DNA of 64,000 bases from an uncultured Bacteroidales bacterium. Lineage in GTDB: Bacteria; Bacteroidota; Bacteroidia; Bacteroidales; UBA11471. Within the stretch, counting starts at the first letter, position 1. The number at the start of each line of letters is the position of its first letter. The notes under the pieces were generated by a model, which was not told the DNA's origin, ran no database searches, and saw nothing but the letters and a program-made list of their open reading frames with translations. The stretch lies in contig CANQQA010000006.1 of the NCBI GenBank assembly GCA_947625885.1, forward strand, positions 3,832 to 67,831, written 5' to 3'. The position numbers and the translations under genes are program-made. Positions 39,020 to 50,195 of the stretch are shown here, piece after piece.

Positions 39020-41626
39020 ATGGTCGAAACACCGCTGATGAAGCAATACATCGAGATGAAAGCCGTTCACCCCGATGCCATTCTGCTGTTTCGGGTAGGC
39101 GACTTTTACGAAACCTTTTCCAACGATGCCATTACGGCGTCCGAGATATTGGGCATTACGCTCACCCGTCGGGCGAACGGCGTGGCGCAATACGTCGAAC
39201 TCGCCGGATTTCCGCACCACGCCCTCGACACTTATCTGCCTAAACTCGTGCGGGCAGGCAAGCGGGTGGCTATCTGCGAACAGCTCGAAGATCCCAAACT
39301 TACCAAAAAGTTAGTGAAACGCGGCATCACCGAGTTGGTAACGCCGGGTGTCGCCATCGACGACAACATTCTCGACCACAAGGAAAACAACTTCTTAGCC
39401 GGCATACATTTCGGAAAAAACAGTTGCGGCGTCGCCTTTCTGGACATCTCCACCGGCGAATTTCTGACAGCCGAAGGCAATTACGACTACGTGGACAAAC
39501 TGCTGGGAAATTTCCAGCCCAAAGAGATTCTTTTCGAGCGGGGCAAACGAAAAACTTTCGAGGAGCATTTCGGCACCCGTTATTTCACCTTTGAACTCGA
39601 CGACTGGATTTTCACCGAAGAGGCAGCCACCGAGCGGCTGCTGCGCCATTTCGGCACCAAAAACCTGAAAGGATTCGGCGTGCAGCACCTCCCGCTCGGC
39701 ATCATCGCCTCAGGCTCGCTGCTGCACTACCTCGACATCACCCAGCACACGCACATTGCGCACATACTTTCGCTCTCCCGCATCGAAGCCGACCGCTACG
39801 TGCGCCTCGACAAATTCACCATACGCAGCCTCGAACTGCTCGGCACGATGAACGAAGGCGGCAAAAGCCTGCTCGACATCATCGACCGTACCGTATCGCC
39901 GATGGGAGCACGGCTGTTGCGGCGGTGGCTCTCGTTCCCGCTGAAAGAGATACAGCCCATACGCGACCGGCAGGCTGCCGTCGAATACTTCTTCCGCAAC
40001 CCCGATGCCAAAGAGCTTATCGACAAACAGCTGTCGCTCGTCGGCGACCTCGAACGCCTGCTCTCCAAAGTGGCAGCGGGTCGCATCACCCCGCGCGAAA
40101 CGGTACAGCTGCGAGTATCGCTCGCCGCCATAGAGCCGATACGCGACTGCTGCCAGAATGCCGATGAAGAAGTGGTGCAGCGCATCGCAGCGCAACTCAA
40201 CCCGTGCGCCCTCATACGCGACCGCATCGAACGGGAAATTTCGCCCGACGCCCCGACGCTCGTCAATCGCGGCGGCATCATCGCCGCAGGCGTAAACGCC
40301 GAACTCGACGAACTGCGCGAAATCTCCTATTCGGGCAAAGACTACCTGCTGCATCTGCAACAGCAGGAAAGCGAACGCACCGGCATCTCCAGCCTGAAAA
40401 TCGGCTACAACAACGTATTCGGCTATTACATCGAAGTGCGGAACACGCACAAAGACAAGGTGCCCGAAGAGTGGATACGCAAACAGACCCTCGTGGGCGC
40501 CGAACGTTATATCACACAGGAGCTGAAAGACTACGAGGAGAAAATCCTCGGTGCCGAAGAAAAAATCCTGTCGCTCGAAACAAAACTCTTCAACGACCTC
40601 GTGCAGGCGATTGCCGATTTCATTCCCGCCATACAGCTCGACGCCAACCTGTTGGCGCGCCTCGACTGCCTGCTCTCCTTTGCCAAAGCCGCAGAAGAAT
40701 ACCATTACATACGCCCCGACGTAAACGATTCTTTCACTATCGACATCAAAGAGGGGCGGCACCCCGTCATCGAACGGCAGATGCCGCCGGGAGAAAGCTA
40801 CATATCGAACAGCGTGATGCTCGACAACGACCACCAGCAAATCATCATGATTACGGGTCCGAACATGGCGGGAAAATCGGCGCTGTTGCGGCAGACGGCA
40901 CTGATTGTCATCATGGCGCAAATCGGGAGTTTCGTGCCCGCCGAAGCCGCGCATATCGGGGTAGTCGATAAGGTATTCACCCGCGTCGGCGCCTCCGACA
41001 ACATATCGCTCGGCGAATCGACCTTCATGGTGGAGATGAACGAAGCCGCCGACATACTCAACAACCTTTCCGACCGCAGCCTCGTGCTTTTCGACGAACT
41101 GGGTCGCGGCACGAGCACCTACGACGGCATTTCCATTGCATGGGCTATCGTCGAATACATACACGAACACCGCCGCGCCCGCGCCAAAACGCTCTTTGCC
41201 ACGCACTACCACGAATTGAACGAAATGGAAAAGACTTTCCGCCGCGTCGCCAACTACAACGTGTCGGTAAAGGAGGTGGACAATCGGGTGATTTTCCTGC
41301 GCAAACTCGTACGGGGCGGCAGCGAACACAGCTTCGGCATACATGTGGCAAAACTCGCCGGTATGCCGCAAGCCGTCGTACAGCGTGCCGGCGAAATACT
41401 GCGCCAGCTCGAAAGCGACAACCGCAAAAACGGCATCGCCAAACCGAAGGTCGAACCGAAAGAAACGACGACGCAAGGCGGTGTGCAACTCAGCTTTTTC
41501 CAGCTCGACGACCCCATACTGAGTCAGGTGCGCGACGAAATACTCCACACCGACATCAACAACCTTACCCCCGTCGATGCCCTCAACAAACTCAACGACA
41601 TTCGCAAAATCATCACCGGAAAATAA
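39020..41626 (+). CDS. mutS: DNA mismatch repair protein MutS
   Basis: N-terminal TPLMKQY..K......[12 protein letters not shown], Walker A GPNMAGKS, and DELGRGTST. Start set to ATG 39020 (MVETPLM). Confidence 0.97.
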   Translation: MVETPLMKQYIEMKAVHPDAILLFRVGDFYETFSNDAITASEILGITLTRRANGVAQYVELAGFPHHALDTYLPKLVRAGKRVAICEQLEDPKLTKKLVKRGITELVTPGVAIDDNILDHKENNFLAGIHFGKNSCGVAFLDISTGEFLTAEGNYDYVDKLLGNFQPKEILFERGKRKTFEEHFGTRYFTFELDDWIFTEEAATERLLRHFGTKNLKGFGVQHLPLGIIASGSLLHYLDITQHTHIAHILSLSRIEADRYVRLDKFTIRSLELLGTMNEGGKSLLDIIDRTVSPMGARLLRRWLSFPLKEIQPIRDRQAAVEYFFRNPDAKELIDKQLSLVGDLERLLSKVAAGRITPRETVQLRVSLAAIEPIRDCCQNADEEVVQRIAAQLNPCALIRDRIEREISPDAPTLVNRGGIIAAGVNAELDELREISYSGKDYLLHLQQQESERTGISSLKIGYNNVFGYYIEVRNTHKDKVPEEWIRKQTLVGAERYITQELKDYEEKILGAEEKILSLETKLFNDLVQAIADFIPAIQLDANLLARLDCLLSFAKAAEEYHYIRPDVNDSFTIDIKEGRHPVIERQMPPGESYISNSVMLDNDHQQIIMITGPNMAGKSALLRQTALIVIMAQIGSFVPAEAAHIGVVDKVFTRVGASDNISLGESTFMVEMNEAADILNNLSDRSLVLFDELGRGTSTYDGISIAWAIVEYIHEHRRARAKTLFATHYHELNEMEKTFRRVANYNVSVKEVDNRVIFLRKLVRGGSEHSFGIHVAKLAGMPQAVVQRAGEILRQLESDNRKNGIAKPKVEPKETTTQGGVQLSFFQLDDPILSQVRDEILHTDINNLTPVDALNKLNDIRKIITGK

Positions 41627-42889
41627 ATGAAACGGTCTGACTTTGAAATCATGGCACCCGTCGGTTCTTACGAATCGCTTGCCGCCGCCATACAAGGCGG
41701 TGCCGACTCCATCTATTTCGGCATCGAAGGGTTGAATATGCGCGCCCGCAGCGCCAACAACTTCACCATCGACGACCTGCACGAAATAGCCCGCATCTGC
41801 CGCGAAAACGGGCTGAAAAGCTACCTCACCGTCAATACGATTATTTACGACAACGACATGGAGCTGCTGCACCGCATCATCGACGCTGCCCGCGATGCAG
41901 GGCTCTCGGCTGTCATCGCCGGCGACGTCGCCGCCATGTCCTACGCCCGCAGTGTGGGCGTAGAGGTGCACCTCTCGACCCAGCTTAACATCTCCAACAC
42001 GGAGGCGCTGAAATTCTACGCGCAATTCGCCGATGTCGTAGTATTGGCACGGGAACTCAACCTCGACCAAGTGACGCACATTCATCGCGAAATCGAACGG
42101 CAGCACATCACCGGTCCTTCCGGAAAACCGATACGCATCGAAATGTTTGCGCACGGCGCTCTCTGCATGGCGGTTTCGGGCAAATGTTACCTGAGCCTCC
42201 ACGAGCTGAATGCGTCGGCAAACCGCGGCGCGTGCATGCAGGTATGCCGGCGCGGCTACACGGTGCGCGACCGCGAAAGCGACATCGAGCTCGACGTGGA
42301 AAACCAATATATACTCTCGCCGAAAGACCTGAAAACGATACACTTCATCAACCTGATGATGCAAGCGGGGGTGCGGGTGTTCAAAATCGAGGGGCGCGCC
42401 CGCAGTGCGGAATATGTGCGCACGGTGGCGGAATGCTATCGGGAAGCGATAGAGAGCGTTCTCGACAACACGTTCGATGACGAAAAAATAGCCGATTGGG
42501 ACAACCGCCTGAGCAAGGTATTCAATCGCGGATTCTGGAACGGCTACTATCTGGGGCAGCGGCTCGGCGAATGGAGCCGCACCTACGGCTCGGAAGCCAC
42601 CCGCGTAAAAGTGTATGTCGCCAAAGGCGTGAAATTCTATTCCCGTCTGGGTGTCGCGGAGTTCGTCATGGAAAGCGGCGAATTGCACGCCGGCGACGAA
42701 ATCGTCATCACCGGTCCGACCACCGGCACCATCATGACGACGGCAGAGGAGATACGGGTGGATTTGAAGCCCGTAGCCAAAACCGTCAAGGGAGAACATT
42801 TTTCCATAAAACTCGACCAGAAAATACGTCCGTCGGACAAACTCTACAAATGGGAGAAAAACGTGAAAGCGGAAAATCCGAAAAATTGA
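41627..42889 (+). CDS. U32 family protein (collagenase-like peptidase / O2-independent hydroxylase family)
   Basis: U32 N-terminus EIMAPVGSYESLAAAIQGGADSIYFG and a conserved Cys cluster. The ATG directly abuts the mutS stop. Confidence 0.85.
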   Translation: MKRSDFEIMAPVGSYESLAAAIQGGADSIYFGIEGLNMRARSANNFTIDDLHEIARICRENGLKSYLTVNTIIYDNDMELLHRIIDAARDAGLSAVIAGDVAAMSYARSVGVEVHLSTQLNISNTEALKFYAQFADVVVLARELNLDQVTHIHREIERQHITGPSGKPIRIEMFAHGALCMAVSGKCYLSLHELNASANRGACMQVCRRGYTVRDRESDIELDVENQYILSPKDLKTIHFINLMMQAGVRVFKIEGRARSAEYVRTVAECYREAIESVLDNTFDDEKIADWDNRLSKVFNRGFWNGYYLGQRLGEWSRTYGSEATRVKVYVAKGVKFYSRLGVAEFVMESGELHAGDEIVITGPTTGTIMTTAEEIRVDLKPVAKTVKGEHFSIKLDQKIRPSDKLYKWEKNVKAENPKN

Positions 42890-42910
42890 TTTCCGTACCG
42901 AAGTTTTTTC

Positions 42911-42918
42911 TACTTTTG
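42911..42918 (+). promoter_or_regulatory. -7 promoter box (TACTTTTG)
   Basis: Exact TAnnTTTG, 27 nt upstream of ATG 42945. Confidence 0.5.
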
Positions 42919-42944
42919 TCCGGCAAAGCAATTCTTGTGTGAAG

Positions 42945-45900
42945 ATGAAAAAAAGAGACTTATATTTATTCCTTTTCCTCTTATTTTTTTGCGGGACCCC
43001 GTTTCTGTCATCGGCGCAGAAACACATTCGCACCGAACAGCCGACCTACACCCGCGAGCTGGCGAAACAGATGTACCGCGAGGGCAATTACGCCGGCTGC
43101 ATCGACCTGATGCGCAGCTATCGTCCTCACGCCGTCGAGCCTGCCGACAAGGCGGCTGCCGACTACTACATCGCCGCCGCTGCCTACCGCGCCAAAGACC
43201 GCGACGCGCTCGCCCTACTCGAAAACTATACCGCCGCCTATCCCGAAACGCCGCAGGCGGAAGAAATAAAACTTCTCACGGCGCACGCATATTTCGACAA
43301 GGGCGATTTCAAAAAGGCTGCCGACTTGTACAACGCCATCGACCTCGACCGCCTTACACCCGACCAACAAGCCGACTTGCTGCTGCACTTGGGCATCGCC
43401 TACACGCATCTCGGCAAAAACGATGATGCCGAGCGCTGTTTCGGCGCCGTCATCGCCGTAGGCGGCGAAAAGAAAAATGCCGCGCTCTACCGCAATGCCT
43501 ATCTGCATTATGTCGAAAAAGAGTACGAAAAGGCAGGAGAGGGGTTTGCCTATCTGCTCGACGACAAAGAATTTGCGCAACCGTCGTCGGCATTTCTCAC
43601 ACAATCGTACTTTGCCCGAAAGGAATACGAAAAAGCCATAGACGAGGGAAACCGCTATTTGCAAAACTATCCGAAAGACAGCGTATATTATGAAATAACG
43701 CGTGTCGTCGGCGAAAGCCATTTCCGTTCCGGCAAGCCGAAAGAGGCGGTCGAATATCTTTCCGACTATACCGCCCACACGGTCGCACCGCTGCGCAGCA
43801 GCCTCTACACGCTGGGGGTAGCCTGCTATGAAAGCGGCGCTTGCGAAGACGCCGTTTCCACGTTGGGACGGGTTACCGACCAAACCGACGCTTTAGCGCA
43901 AAATGCCTACCTGTATATCGGACAAAGCTATTTGAAGCTAAACGACAAGACCAACGCCCGACTTGCCTTTGAAATGGCATCGCGCTACACGTTCGACCGG
44001 AAAGCGCAGGAAACAGCGCTGTACAACTACGCCATGCTGCTGCACACCGGCACATTCTCGCCATTCGCCGAGTCGGTTACCGTCTTCGAAAAGTTCCTCA
44101 ACCTCTTTCCGTCGTCGCGCTATGCAGGCACGGTCAGCGACAATCTGGCGGACGTATATCTGACGACCCGCAACTATGAAACGGCTCTGCGCTCCATCAA
44201 CAAGATAAAACGCCCCGACGCCAAAATACTCAAAACCAAACAGCGCATTCTCTACCGGCTCGGCACAGAGCGTTTTGCCGACAACGACCTCGACCGCGCC
44301 GCCGACTATTTTGCCCAAGCCATACGGGTGGGCAGTTACGACAAGGAAGCAAAAGCCGACGCCTACCTGTGGCACGGCGAATGCCTTTACCGAAAGGGCA
44401 AATACGCCGAAGCGGCGAAAGACGGCATAAACTACCTGAACACCGCCGTCCGCAAAAATCCGCAAGCCTATTACAATCTGGGATACGCCTACTTCAAACA
44501 ACACGATTTCGCCAACGCGGCACGCCGATTCGGCGACTACCTCAGTGCCGAACAACAAAGTCCGGCAAATATGCCGCGCATCGCCGATGCCCACACCCGT
44601 CGGGCAGACTGCCTGTATGCCCAACGCGACTTCGTAGGGGCAGAGGCTTTCTACGGCAGAGCCGTCGAACTCTATCCCGCCACCGGCGACTACGCCCTTT
44701 ATCAAAAAGGCATCATGGCGGGGCTGCAAAAAAATCCGACCGAAAAGGCGGCAATCATGCAAGAGGTCGTCCGGAAATATCCCGAATCGGATTATGCCGA
44801 TGATGCCCTGCTCGAAGAGGGCTTGACCCACGTCGCCCTTCGGGACGGAAAAGCCGCCGGCTGTTTCCTGCAACTGCTCGACAACTATCCGCGGCAGGAA
44901 ACCGCACGCAAAGCCGGTCTGCAACTCGGCATAGTCTATTACAACAGCCGGCAGCCGCAAAAAGCCATCGACGCCTACAAGCGTGTCATTTCCACCTATC
45001 CGGGTAGCGACGAAGCCCGCCTCGCGCTCCAAGACCTCAAAGCCATTTATATCGAGCAAAACAAAGTCGATGACTACGCCGCCTACCTCAAAACCGTATC
45101 GGGCGACGTGAAGACGGAAGTTTCGGAACTCGACTCGCTTTCGTTCCTCGTCGCCGAGCGGGCATTTCTGAAACAACCCGACGCCGCGTCTGCCGCCCAA
45201 CTCGAACAGTACCTCAAAAAATATCCCGCCGGTGCTTACACGCTGCCGACACACAATTACCTGTCGCGCTACCACTACGACAAAAAAGCCTACGGCAAAG
45301 CCCGCAAGGAACTCGATTACATCTTGAAGCAGCCGAACAATCCCTATACGGGCGATGCGCTGCTGCGGCTGGCAGACATACAGGAGCACGACAAAGAGTA
45401 CGCCGAAGCCTTCCGAAGTTATCAAAAGCTCGAACCGCTCGCCCAAAACAAAGAGGTGCGACAGACCGCCCGAGTGGGCATGATGCGCACGGCGCAAAAG
45501 TGCGGTATGCACAAGGAAGTTATCGCCGTTACCGACAAATTGTTGGCAGAACCCACCTTGTCGCCCGAATGCGCCCGCGATGCCCATACCGCCCGCGCCG
45601 AAAGTTTCATGGCGCTCGGCAACACGGCAAAAGCAGCGGCGGAATGGGAAGTCCTCGCCCAAGACCCGCGCACCGAAATCGGAGCCAAATCGGCATATCT
45701 GCTGGCACAATATCACCTCGACAACAACAACGACACCGAAGCCGAAGCCGTCGTAACCCGCCTGCTCGAAACCGGCACGTCGCACCAATACTGGCTGGCG
45801 CGCTGTTTCATCGTGCTTTCCGACGTATATGCCTTGCGGGGCGACTACTTCCAAGCCAAACAATACCTGTTGAGTTTACAGAACAATTACAAAGGCGACG

Positions 45901-45980
45901 ACGACATCGAAAAACTCATCGACGTCCGTCTCCAAAAATTGCAAACCGCCCAAAACAATTCCAATTCCGACAACCGATGA
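42945..45980 (+). CDS. large secreted tetratricopeptide-repeat protein
   Basis: N-terminal signal (LYLFLFLLFFCGTPFLSSAQ), then about 1000 aa of TPR-like Y/A/L-rich helical repeats. Start set to ATG 42945. Confidence 0.8.
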   Translation: MKKRDLYLFLFLLFFCGTPFLSSAQKHIRTEQPTYTRELAKQMYREGNYAGCIDLMRSYRPHAVEPADKAAADYYIAAAAYRAKDRDALALLENYTAAYPETPQAEEIKLLTAHAYFDKGDFKKAADLYNAIDLDRLTPDQQADLLLHLGIAYTHLGKNDDAERCFGAVIAVGGEKKNAALYRNAYLHYVEKEYEKAGEGFAYLLDDKEFAQPSSAFLTQSYFARKEYEKAIDEGNRYLQNYPKDSVYYEITRVVGESHFRSGKPKEAVEYLSDYTAHTVAPLRSSLYTLGVACYESGACEDAVSTLGRVTDQTDALAQNAYLYIGQSYLKLNDKTNARLAFEMASRYTFDRKAQETALYNYAMLLHTGTFSPFAESVTVFEKFLNLFPSSRYAGTVSDNLADVYLTTRNYETALRSINKIKRPDAKILKTKQRILYRLGTERFADNDLDRAADYFAQAIRVGSYDKEAKADAYLWHGECLYRKGKYAEAAKDGINYLNTAVRKNPQAYYNLGYAYFKQHDFANAARRFGDYLSAEQQSPANMPRIADAHTRRADCLYAQRDFVGAEAFYGRAVELYPATGDYALYQKGIMAGLQKNPTEKAAIMQEVVRKYPESDYADDALLEEGLTHVALRDGKAAGCFLQLLDNYPRQETARKAGLQLGIVYYNSRQPQKAIDAYKRVISTYPGSDEARLALQDLKAIYIEQNKVDDYAAYLKTVSGDVKTEVSELDSLSFLVAERAFLKQPDAASAAQLEQYLKKYPAGAYTLPTHNYLSRYHYDKKAYGKARKELDYILKQPNNPYTGDALLRLADIQEHDKEYAEAFRSYQKLEPLAQNKEVRQTARVGMMRTAQKCGMHKEVIAVTDKLLAEPTLSPECARDAHTARAESFMALGNTAKAAAEWEVLAQDPRTEIGAKSAYLLAQYHLDNNNDTEAEAVVTRLLETGTSHQYWLARCFIVLSDVYALRGDYFQAKQYLLSLQNNYKGDDDIEKLIDVRLQKLQTAQNNSNSDNR

Positions 45981-47707
45981 AACGATATATTCCCATACTG
46001 CTTTTCCTCGCCGTATATGCAGCAGCAGACGCCCAGCAAAAAAACGACGATCCGCTGCGGCGCGAAGTCGTTATCGAAAAAGAGTTCACCCCGATTGTGC
46101 GCGATGCGTCGAAAATCAACTCCATACCCGAATTGGAAGTCTCTGCTTCGACGCACCCCGACACCCGATACGCCGACTGGAACACCCCCTACAACACCGG
46201 CAGCACGCTTACCCCGCTTTCGGCGGGCGACAACGGCGCCGAAGCGCCGGACAAGCAGCGCGGCTATGCCCGCTTCGTCATCGGCAACTACCTGAACATT
46301 AACGCCAACGCCGGCGTGCGCATCGTCGATAGGCAGAAAGACCGGCTGCTGTTGTGGTACGGACACAACTCCTGCAACGCACATCTTTCTTTCCTCGACA
46401 ACGAGGGTGGCGGGAAAACTCGGCAGCGCCGCAACGACAACAAACTGCGCTTGAAATACACGCACGATTTCACGAAGGGTCGCTGGAACTTCGACGCCGA
46501 CTATCGCTACAATACCTTTAACTATTACGGTATGCCGCTGAATGTTATTCCATCGACTATATCGGGAAGCAACCAGCAAACCGTACAGCAATACGGATTT
46601 ACAACCTCTTTCCTCTCGGCGCCGGACAAAACATTCAACTACACCATCGAAGCCTCCTACCACGGCTACAACAACGACTTGGGTCTGTACTACGGCGAGC
46701 GCGGCGGCATCGAAAATCATGTCTCGGCGGCATTTGACGGAAACGCCGCGATAAACGACCGCCACAAAGCGGGCATCGCCCTGAGCATGGACAACCTGCA
46801 CTACAACCGGTGTGTTTTCGAGGAAGACGAGAAAGGAAAAAACACCCATACGATTATCGGCTTGGAGCCCTATTTCACCATCGAAAAAGAGGCGCTCCGA
46901 TTCAAAGCGGGAGTAACGATAGACTTCTCTTTCAATTACGGCACCGTATTCCGCATTGCACCCGACGTGAAATTCGAGTGGCGTTTCGACAAAGCCGGCG
47001 TGCTCTACACCGAACTCACCGGCGGAAAAAGCCTCAACACGTGGCGCCGCATGAGTGCGCTGACGGAATATATCGACCCGACAACCATACTGCCCGACAC
47101 ATATACCCCCGCCGACTTCACGCTCGGCTTCCGCTCCTCCGTCCTCAAAAAATTTCATTTTGCTCTCTACGGCGGTATAAAATATTGTGTCGATGCCCTT
47201 TTCGACTACCGAATGGAACACCTCGAGGTCTCCGCAACCTCTACAATGACAACCCGTAGTGTCGTCAGCTTCTACTCCGACGACGCCTACGCATGGAAAG
47301 TCGGAGCCGAAATGCAATACTCCCTGTTGGATATTCTCACCGCCCGTCTGGCATGGGAACATAACGAATGGCGCAGCGACGGAGCACGAATACGCTTTTC
47401 GCAGCCGCGCGACGAATGGGACGTCGATATTACCGTTACCCCCATAAAACCGCTCGACATAAAAGCCGGTTTCTACTATGCCGGAGGTTTGGGCTACATA
47501 AATCATTCGTGGGGAAACATCGTCTACGATGAAGCAGGCACCCTGCCCAATATCGCCAATCTCGACCTCGGTGCCACGTACCGGCTCAACAAAATGATAC
47601 ATTTCTCGCTGCAATTCAATAATCTGCTTTCGAGAAAGTATGATTTATTTTATGGAATGCCGGCGCAACGCTTTCATTTTCTGGCAGGTATGGGCATCGT
47701 TTTCTAA
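45977..47707 (+). CDS. outer-membrane beta-barrel protein (putative porin / TonB-dependent-receptor-like barrel, no plug recognised)
   Basis: Signal peptide MKRYIPILLFLAVYAAADAQ, alternating beta-strand pattern, and a C-terminal aromatic residue (GMGIVF). ATGA overlap with the TPR gene stop. Confidence 0.7.
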   Translation: MKRYIPILLFLAVYAAADAQQKNDDPLRREVVIEKEFTPIVRDASKINSIPELEVSASTHPDTRYADWNTPYNTGSTLTPLSAGDNGAEAPDKQRGYARFVIGNYLNINANAGVRIVDRQKDRLLLWYGHNSCNAHLSFLDNEGGGKTRQRRNDNKLRLKYTHDFTKGRWNFDADYRYNTFNYYGMPLNVIPSTISGSNQQTVQQYGFTTSFLSAPDKTFNYTIEASYHGYNNDLGLYYGERGGIENHVSAAFDGNAAINDRHKAGIALSMDNLHYNRCVFEEDEKGKNTHTIIGLEPYFTIEKEALRFKAGVTIDFSFNYGTVFRIAPDVKFEWRFDKAGVLYTELTGGKSLNTWRRMSALTEYIDPTTILPDTYTPADFTLGFRSSVLKKFHFALYGGIKYCVDALFDYRMEHLEVSATSTMTTRSVVSFYSDDAYAWKVGAEMQYSLLDILTARLAWEHNEWRSDGARIRFSQPRDEWDVDITVTPIKPLDIKAGFYYAGGLGYINHSWGNIVYDEAGTLPNIANLDLGATYRLNKMIHFSLQFNNLLSRKYDLFYGMPAQRFHFLAGMGIVF

Positions 47708-47769
47708 CCGTTTCACAGCAAAAAAATTTTTTAACGGTTAAATATCGGATTTTCAAACGCATTTTTTTC

Positions 47770-47777
47770 TACTTTTG
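47770..47777 (+). promoter_or_regulatory. -7 promoter box (TACTTTTG)
   Basis: Exact TAnnTTTG, 30 nt upstream of ATG 47807. Confidence 0.5.
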
Positions 47778-47806
47778 CAGGCGGAAAATTAAATTCGCGA
47801 GAGAAG

Positions 47807-50143
47807 ATGTCGAAAAATTTAGTCATAGTAGAGTCCCCTGCGAAAGCAAGAACCATAGAAAAATTCTTAGGGAGCGATTATAAAGTTTTGTCGAGTTACG
47901 GTCATATACGCGACCTGAAAAAAAGAGATTTCAGCATCGACATAAACCACAACTTCACCCCGCTGTACGAAGTTCCCGAAGACAAATTGAAAATCGTCGA
48001 TACCCTGAGAAAGGAGGCGGACAAAGCCGACATCGTATGGCTCGCCTCCGATGAAGACCGCGAAGGAGAAGCCATAGCATGGCACCTGTACGAGGTGCTG
48101 CACCTGACACCCGAAAAGACCCGCCGCATCGTCTTCCACGAAATTACGAAGACGGCAATACTCCACGCCATCGAAAATCCGCGCGACATCGACCTCGACC
48201 GTGTAAACGCCCAACAGGCACGACGCATTCTCGACCGTATCGTCGGGTTTGAATTGTCGCCCGTCCTTTGGAAAAAGGTAAAACCCGCGCTCTCCGCCGG
48301 TCGCGTGCAATCGGTCGCCGTGCGTCTCATCGTCGAACGGGAGCGGGAAATCGAACAGTTCCGCAGCGAAACCTCCTACCGCGTCGTCGCCACTTTCATC
48401 ATACCTACCGACGGCAGTGCCGTAGAAATGAAAGCCGAGCTCAACAACCGTCTCAAAACCAAAGAAGAAGCACTCGCCCTACTCGACGCCTGCAAAGACG
48501 CGACATTCACGATAGAAGACATACAGGTGAAGCCCGCCCGCAAATCGCCCGCGCCGCCTTTCACCACCTCCACCCTGCAACAAGAGGCATCACGCAAACT
48601 CGGACTCTCCGTCGCGCAAACCATGATTATCGCGCAGCGGCTGTACGAATCGGGATTCATCACCTACATGCGTACCGACTCCGTCAATCTCTCGTCCCTC
48701 GCCCTGAATACCTCCAAGACGGAAATTCTGGCAAACTGGGGAGAGGCATATCTCAAAACACGCAACTACCAGACGAAAACCAAAGGGGCGCAGGAAGCTC
48801 ACGAGGCGATACGTCCGACCTATATCAACCACCACGACATCGAGGTGCCCGCATCGGAAAGGAAACTCTACGACCTCGTGTGGAAACGCACCATCGCCTC
48901 GCAGATGAGCGATGCCGAGATAGAAAAGACAACCGCCACCATCGGCATATCGGGACGTCCCGAAAAATTCGTCGCCACCGGCGAAGTGATGAAATTCGAC
49001 GGATTCCTGCACGTCTATTACGAATCGAGTGACGACGATGCCGAAAACGGCGAAAACAACGGAAAAATGCTGCCCCCGCTCAAAACGGGAGCCAAACTCA
49101 TAACGAGCGAAATAGAGGCAACCGAACGTTTCTCGCAGCGCCCGCCGCGCTACACGGAGGCTTCGCTCGTGCACAAGCTCGAAGAGCTCGGCATCGGACG
49201 CCCCTCGACCTATGCCCCGACCATCTCCACCATACAGCAGCGCAACTATGTGGAGCGCGGCGACCGTCCGGGTACGGAACGCACCTACAACACGCTGCTG
49301 CTGAAAAAGGGAAAAATCACCGATAAAAACAAAACCGAAACCGTCGGCGCAGAAAAGAGCAAACTGCTGCCCACCGACATCGGCATTGTCGTAAACGATT
49401 TCCTGACCGAACACTTCCCCGACATTCTCAACTACAACTTCACCGCTCAAATCGAAGAAGAATTCGATAAAGTGGCAGAAGGCAAACTCGTGTGGAACAA
49501 TACGCTGCACGACTTCTACAAACTTTTCCACCCCGCTGTCGAAGACGCCACGTCGCTGCGCCTCGACCATCGGGTAGGAGAACGCATCATCGGTACCGAC
49601 CCCAAGAGCGGTCGTCCCGTGTCGGTAAAAATAGGGCGTTTCGGTCCGCTGGTGCAAATCGGCTCGCCCGAAGACAAGGAAAAACCGCTTTTCTCCTCGT
49701 TGCAGAAAGGGCAATCCATTAACACCATTACGCTCGAAGAAGCATTGAAACTCTTTGAGCTGCCCCGCACATTGGGCGAGTTCGACGGCGATACCGTAAC
49801 GATTTCGACAGGACGGTTCGGTCCGTACATACGCCACAACAACAAATACATTTCCCTGCCCAAAGAATACGAGCCGCAAACCGTAACGTACGACGAAGCA
49901 GTGGAAGTAATCCGAAAAAAACAAGCGGAAGAAAAACAACGCCTTATCAAAAGTTTCGACGACGGCAGCGGCATCGAAATTCTGAACGGGCGATTCGGTC
50001 CTTACATCACCTGCAACGGCAAGAATTACAAAATCCCCAAAAGCGCCTCTCCCGAAAATCTGACGAGCGAGGATTGCCGGAAAATCATCGAAAACGAAAC
50101 GATGCCCAAGCCGGCGCGCCGCCGTCGTTTTCCGAGAAAATAA
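47807..50143 (+). CDS. topA: DNA topoisomerase I (type IA)
   Basis: Toprim N-terminus LVIVESPAKARTIEKFLG, active-site ITYMRTDS, and repeated C-terminal GRFGPY modules. Confidence 0.97.
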   Translation: MSKNLVIVESPAKARTIEKFLGSDYKVLSSYGHIRDLKKRDFSIDINHNFTPLYEVPEDKLKIVDTLRKEADKADIVWLASDEDREGEAIAWHLYEVLHLTPEKTRRIVFHEITKTAILHAIENPRDIDLDRVNAQQARRILDRIVGFELSPVLWKKVKPALSAGRVQSVAVRLIVEREREIEQFRSETSYRVVATFIIPTDGSAVEMKAELNNRLKTKEEALALLDACKDATFTIEDIQVKPARKSPAPPFTTSTLQQEASRKLGLSVAQTMIIAQRLYESGFITYMRTDSVNLSSLALNTSKTEILANWGEAYLKTRNYQTKTKGAQEAHEAIRPTYINHHDIEVPASERKLYDLVWKRTIASQMSDAEIEKTTATIGISGRPEKFVATGEVMKFDGFLHVYYESSDDDAENGENNGKMLPPLKTGAKLITSEIEATERFSQRPPRYTEASLVHKLEELGIGRPSTYAPTISTIQQRNYVERGDRPGTERTYNTLLLKKGKITDKNKTETVGAEKSKLLPTDIGIVVNDFLTEHFPDILNYNFTAQIEEEFDKVAEGKLVWNNTLHDFYKLFHPAVEDATSLRLDHRVGERIIGTDPKSGRPVSVKIGRFGPLVQIGSPEDKEKPLFSSLQKGQSINTITLEEALKLFELPRTLGEFDGDTVTISTGRFGPYIRHNNKYISLPKEYEPQTVTYDEAVEVIRKKQAEEKQRLIKSFDDGSGIEILNGRFGPYITCNGKNYKIPKSASPENLTSEDCRKIIENETMPKPARRRRFPRK

Positions 50144-50162
50144 AACATTTCCCTGCTTAGGG

Positions 50163-50195
50163 CAACGGCGTGGAGAGTCGATCTCCACGCCGTTG
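50163..50195 (+). terminator. stem-loop after topA (probable terminator, weak T-tract)
   Basis: Perfect 14-bp stem caacggcgtggaga / tctccacgccgttg with a 5-nt loop, followed by ttatataaa. Confidence 0.55.

Noticed and set aside
39710-43033. 1107-aa minus-strand ORF, the longest in the window, spanning mutS and the U32 gene
   Set aside because: It lies exactly antisense to two strongly recognisable genes. Its translation is V/F/A/G/R/D-rich low-information sequence with no motifs. In GC-rich, codon-biased genes the antisense frame stays open because TTA/CTA/TCA codons are rare. It is a shadow ORF.
45500-45976. 159-codon upstream extension of the beta-barrel ORF, and similarly 25511-25792 for polA
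   Set aside because: The extensions overlap the preceding genes in other frames. A canonical signal peptide (beta-barrel) and the conserved 5'-nuclease N-terminus (polA) begin at the internal ATGs.
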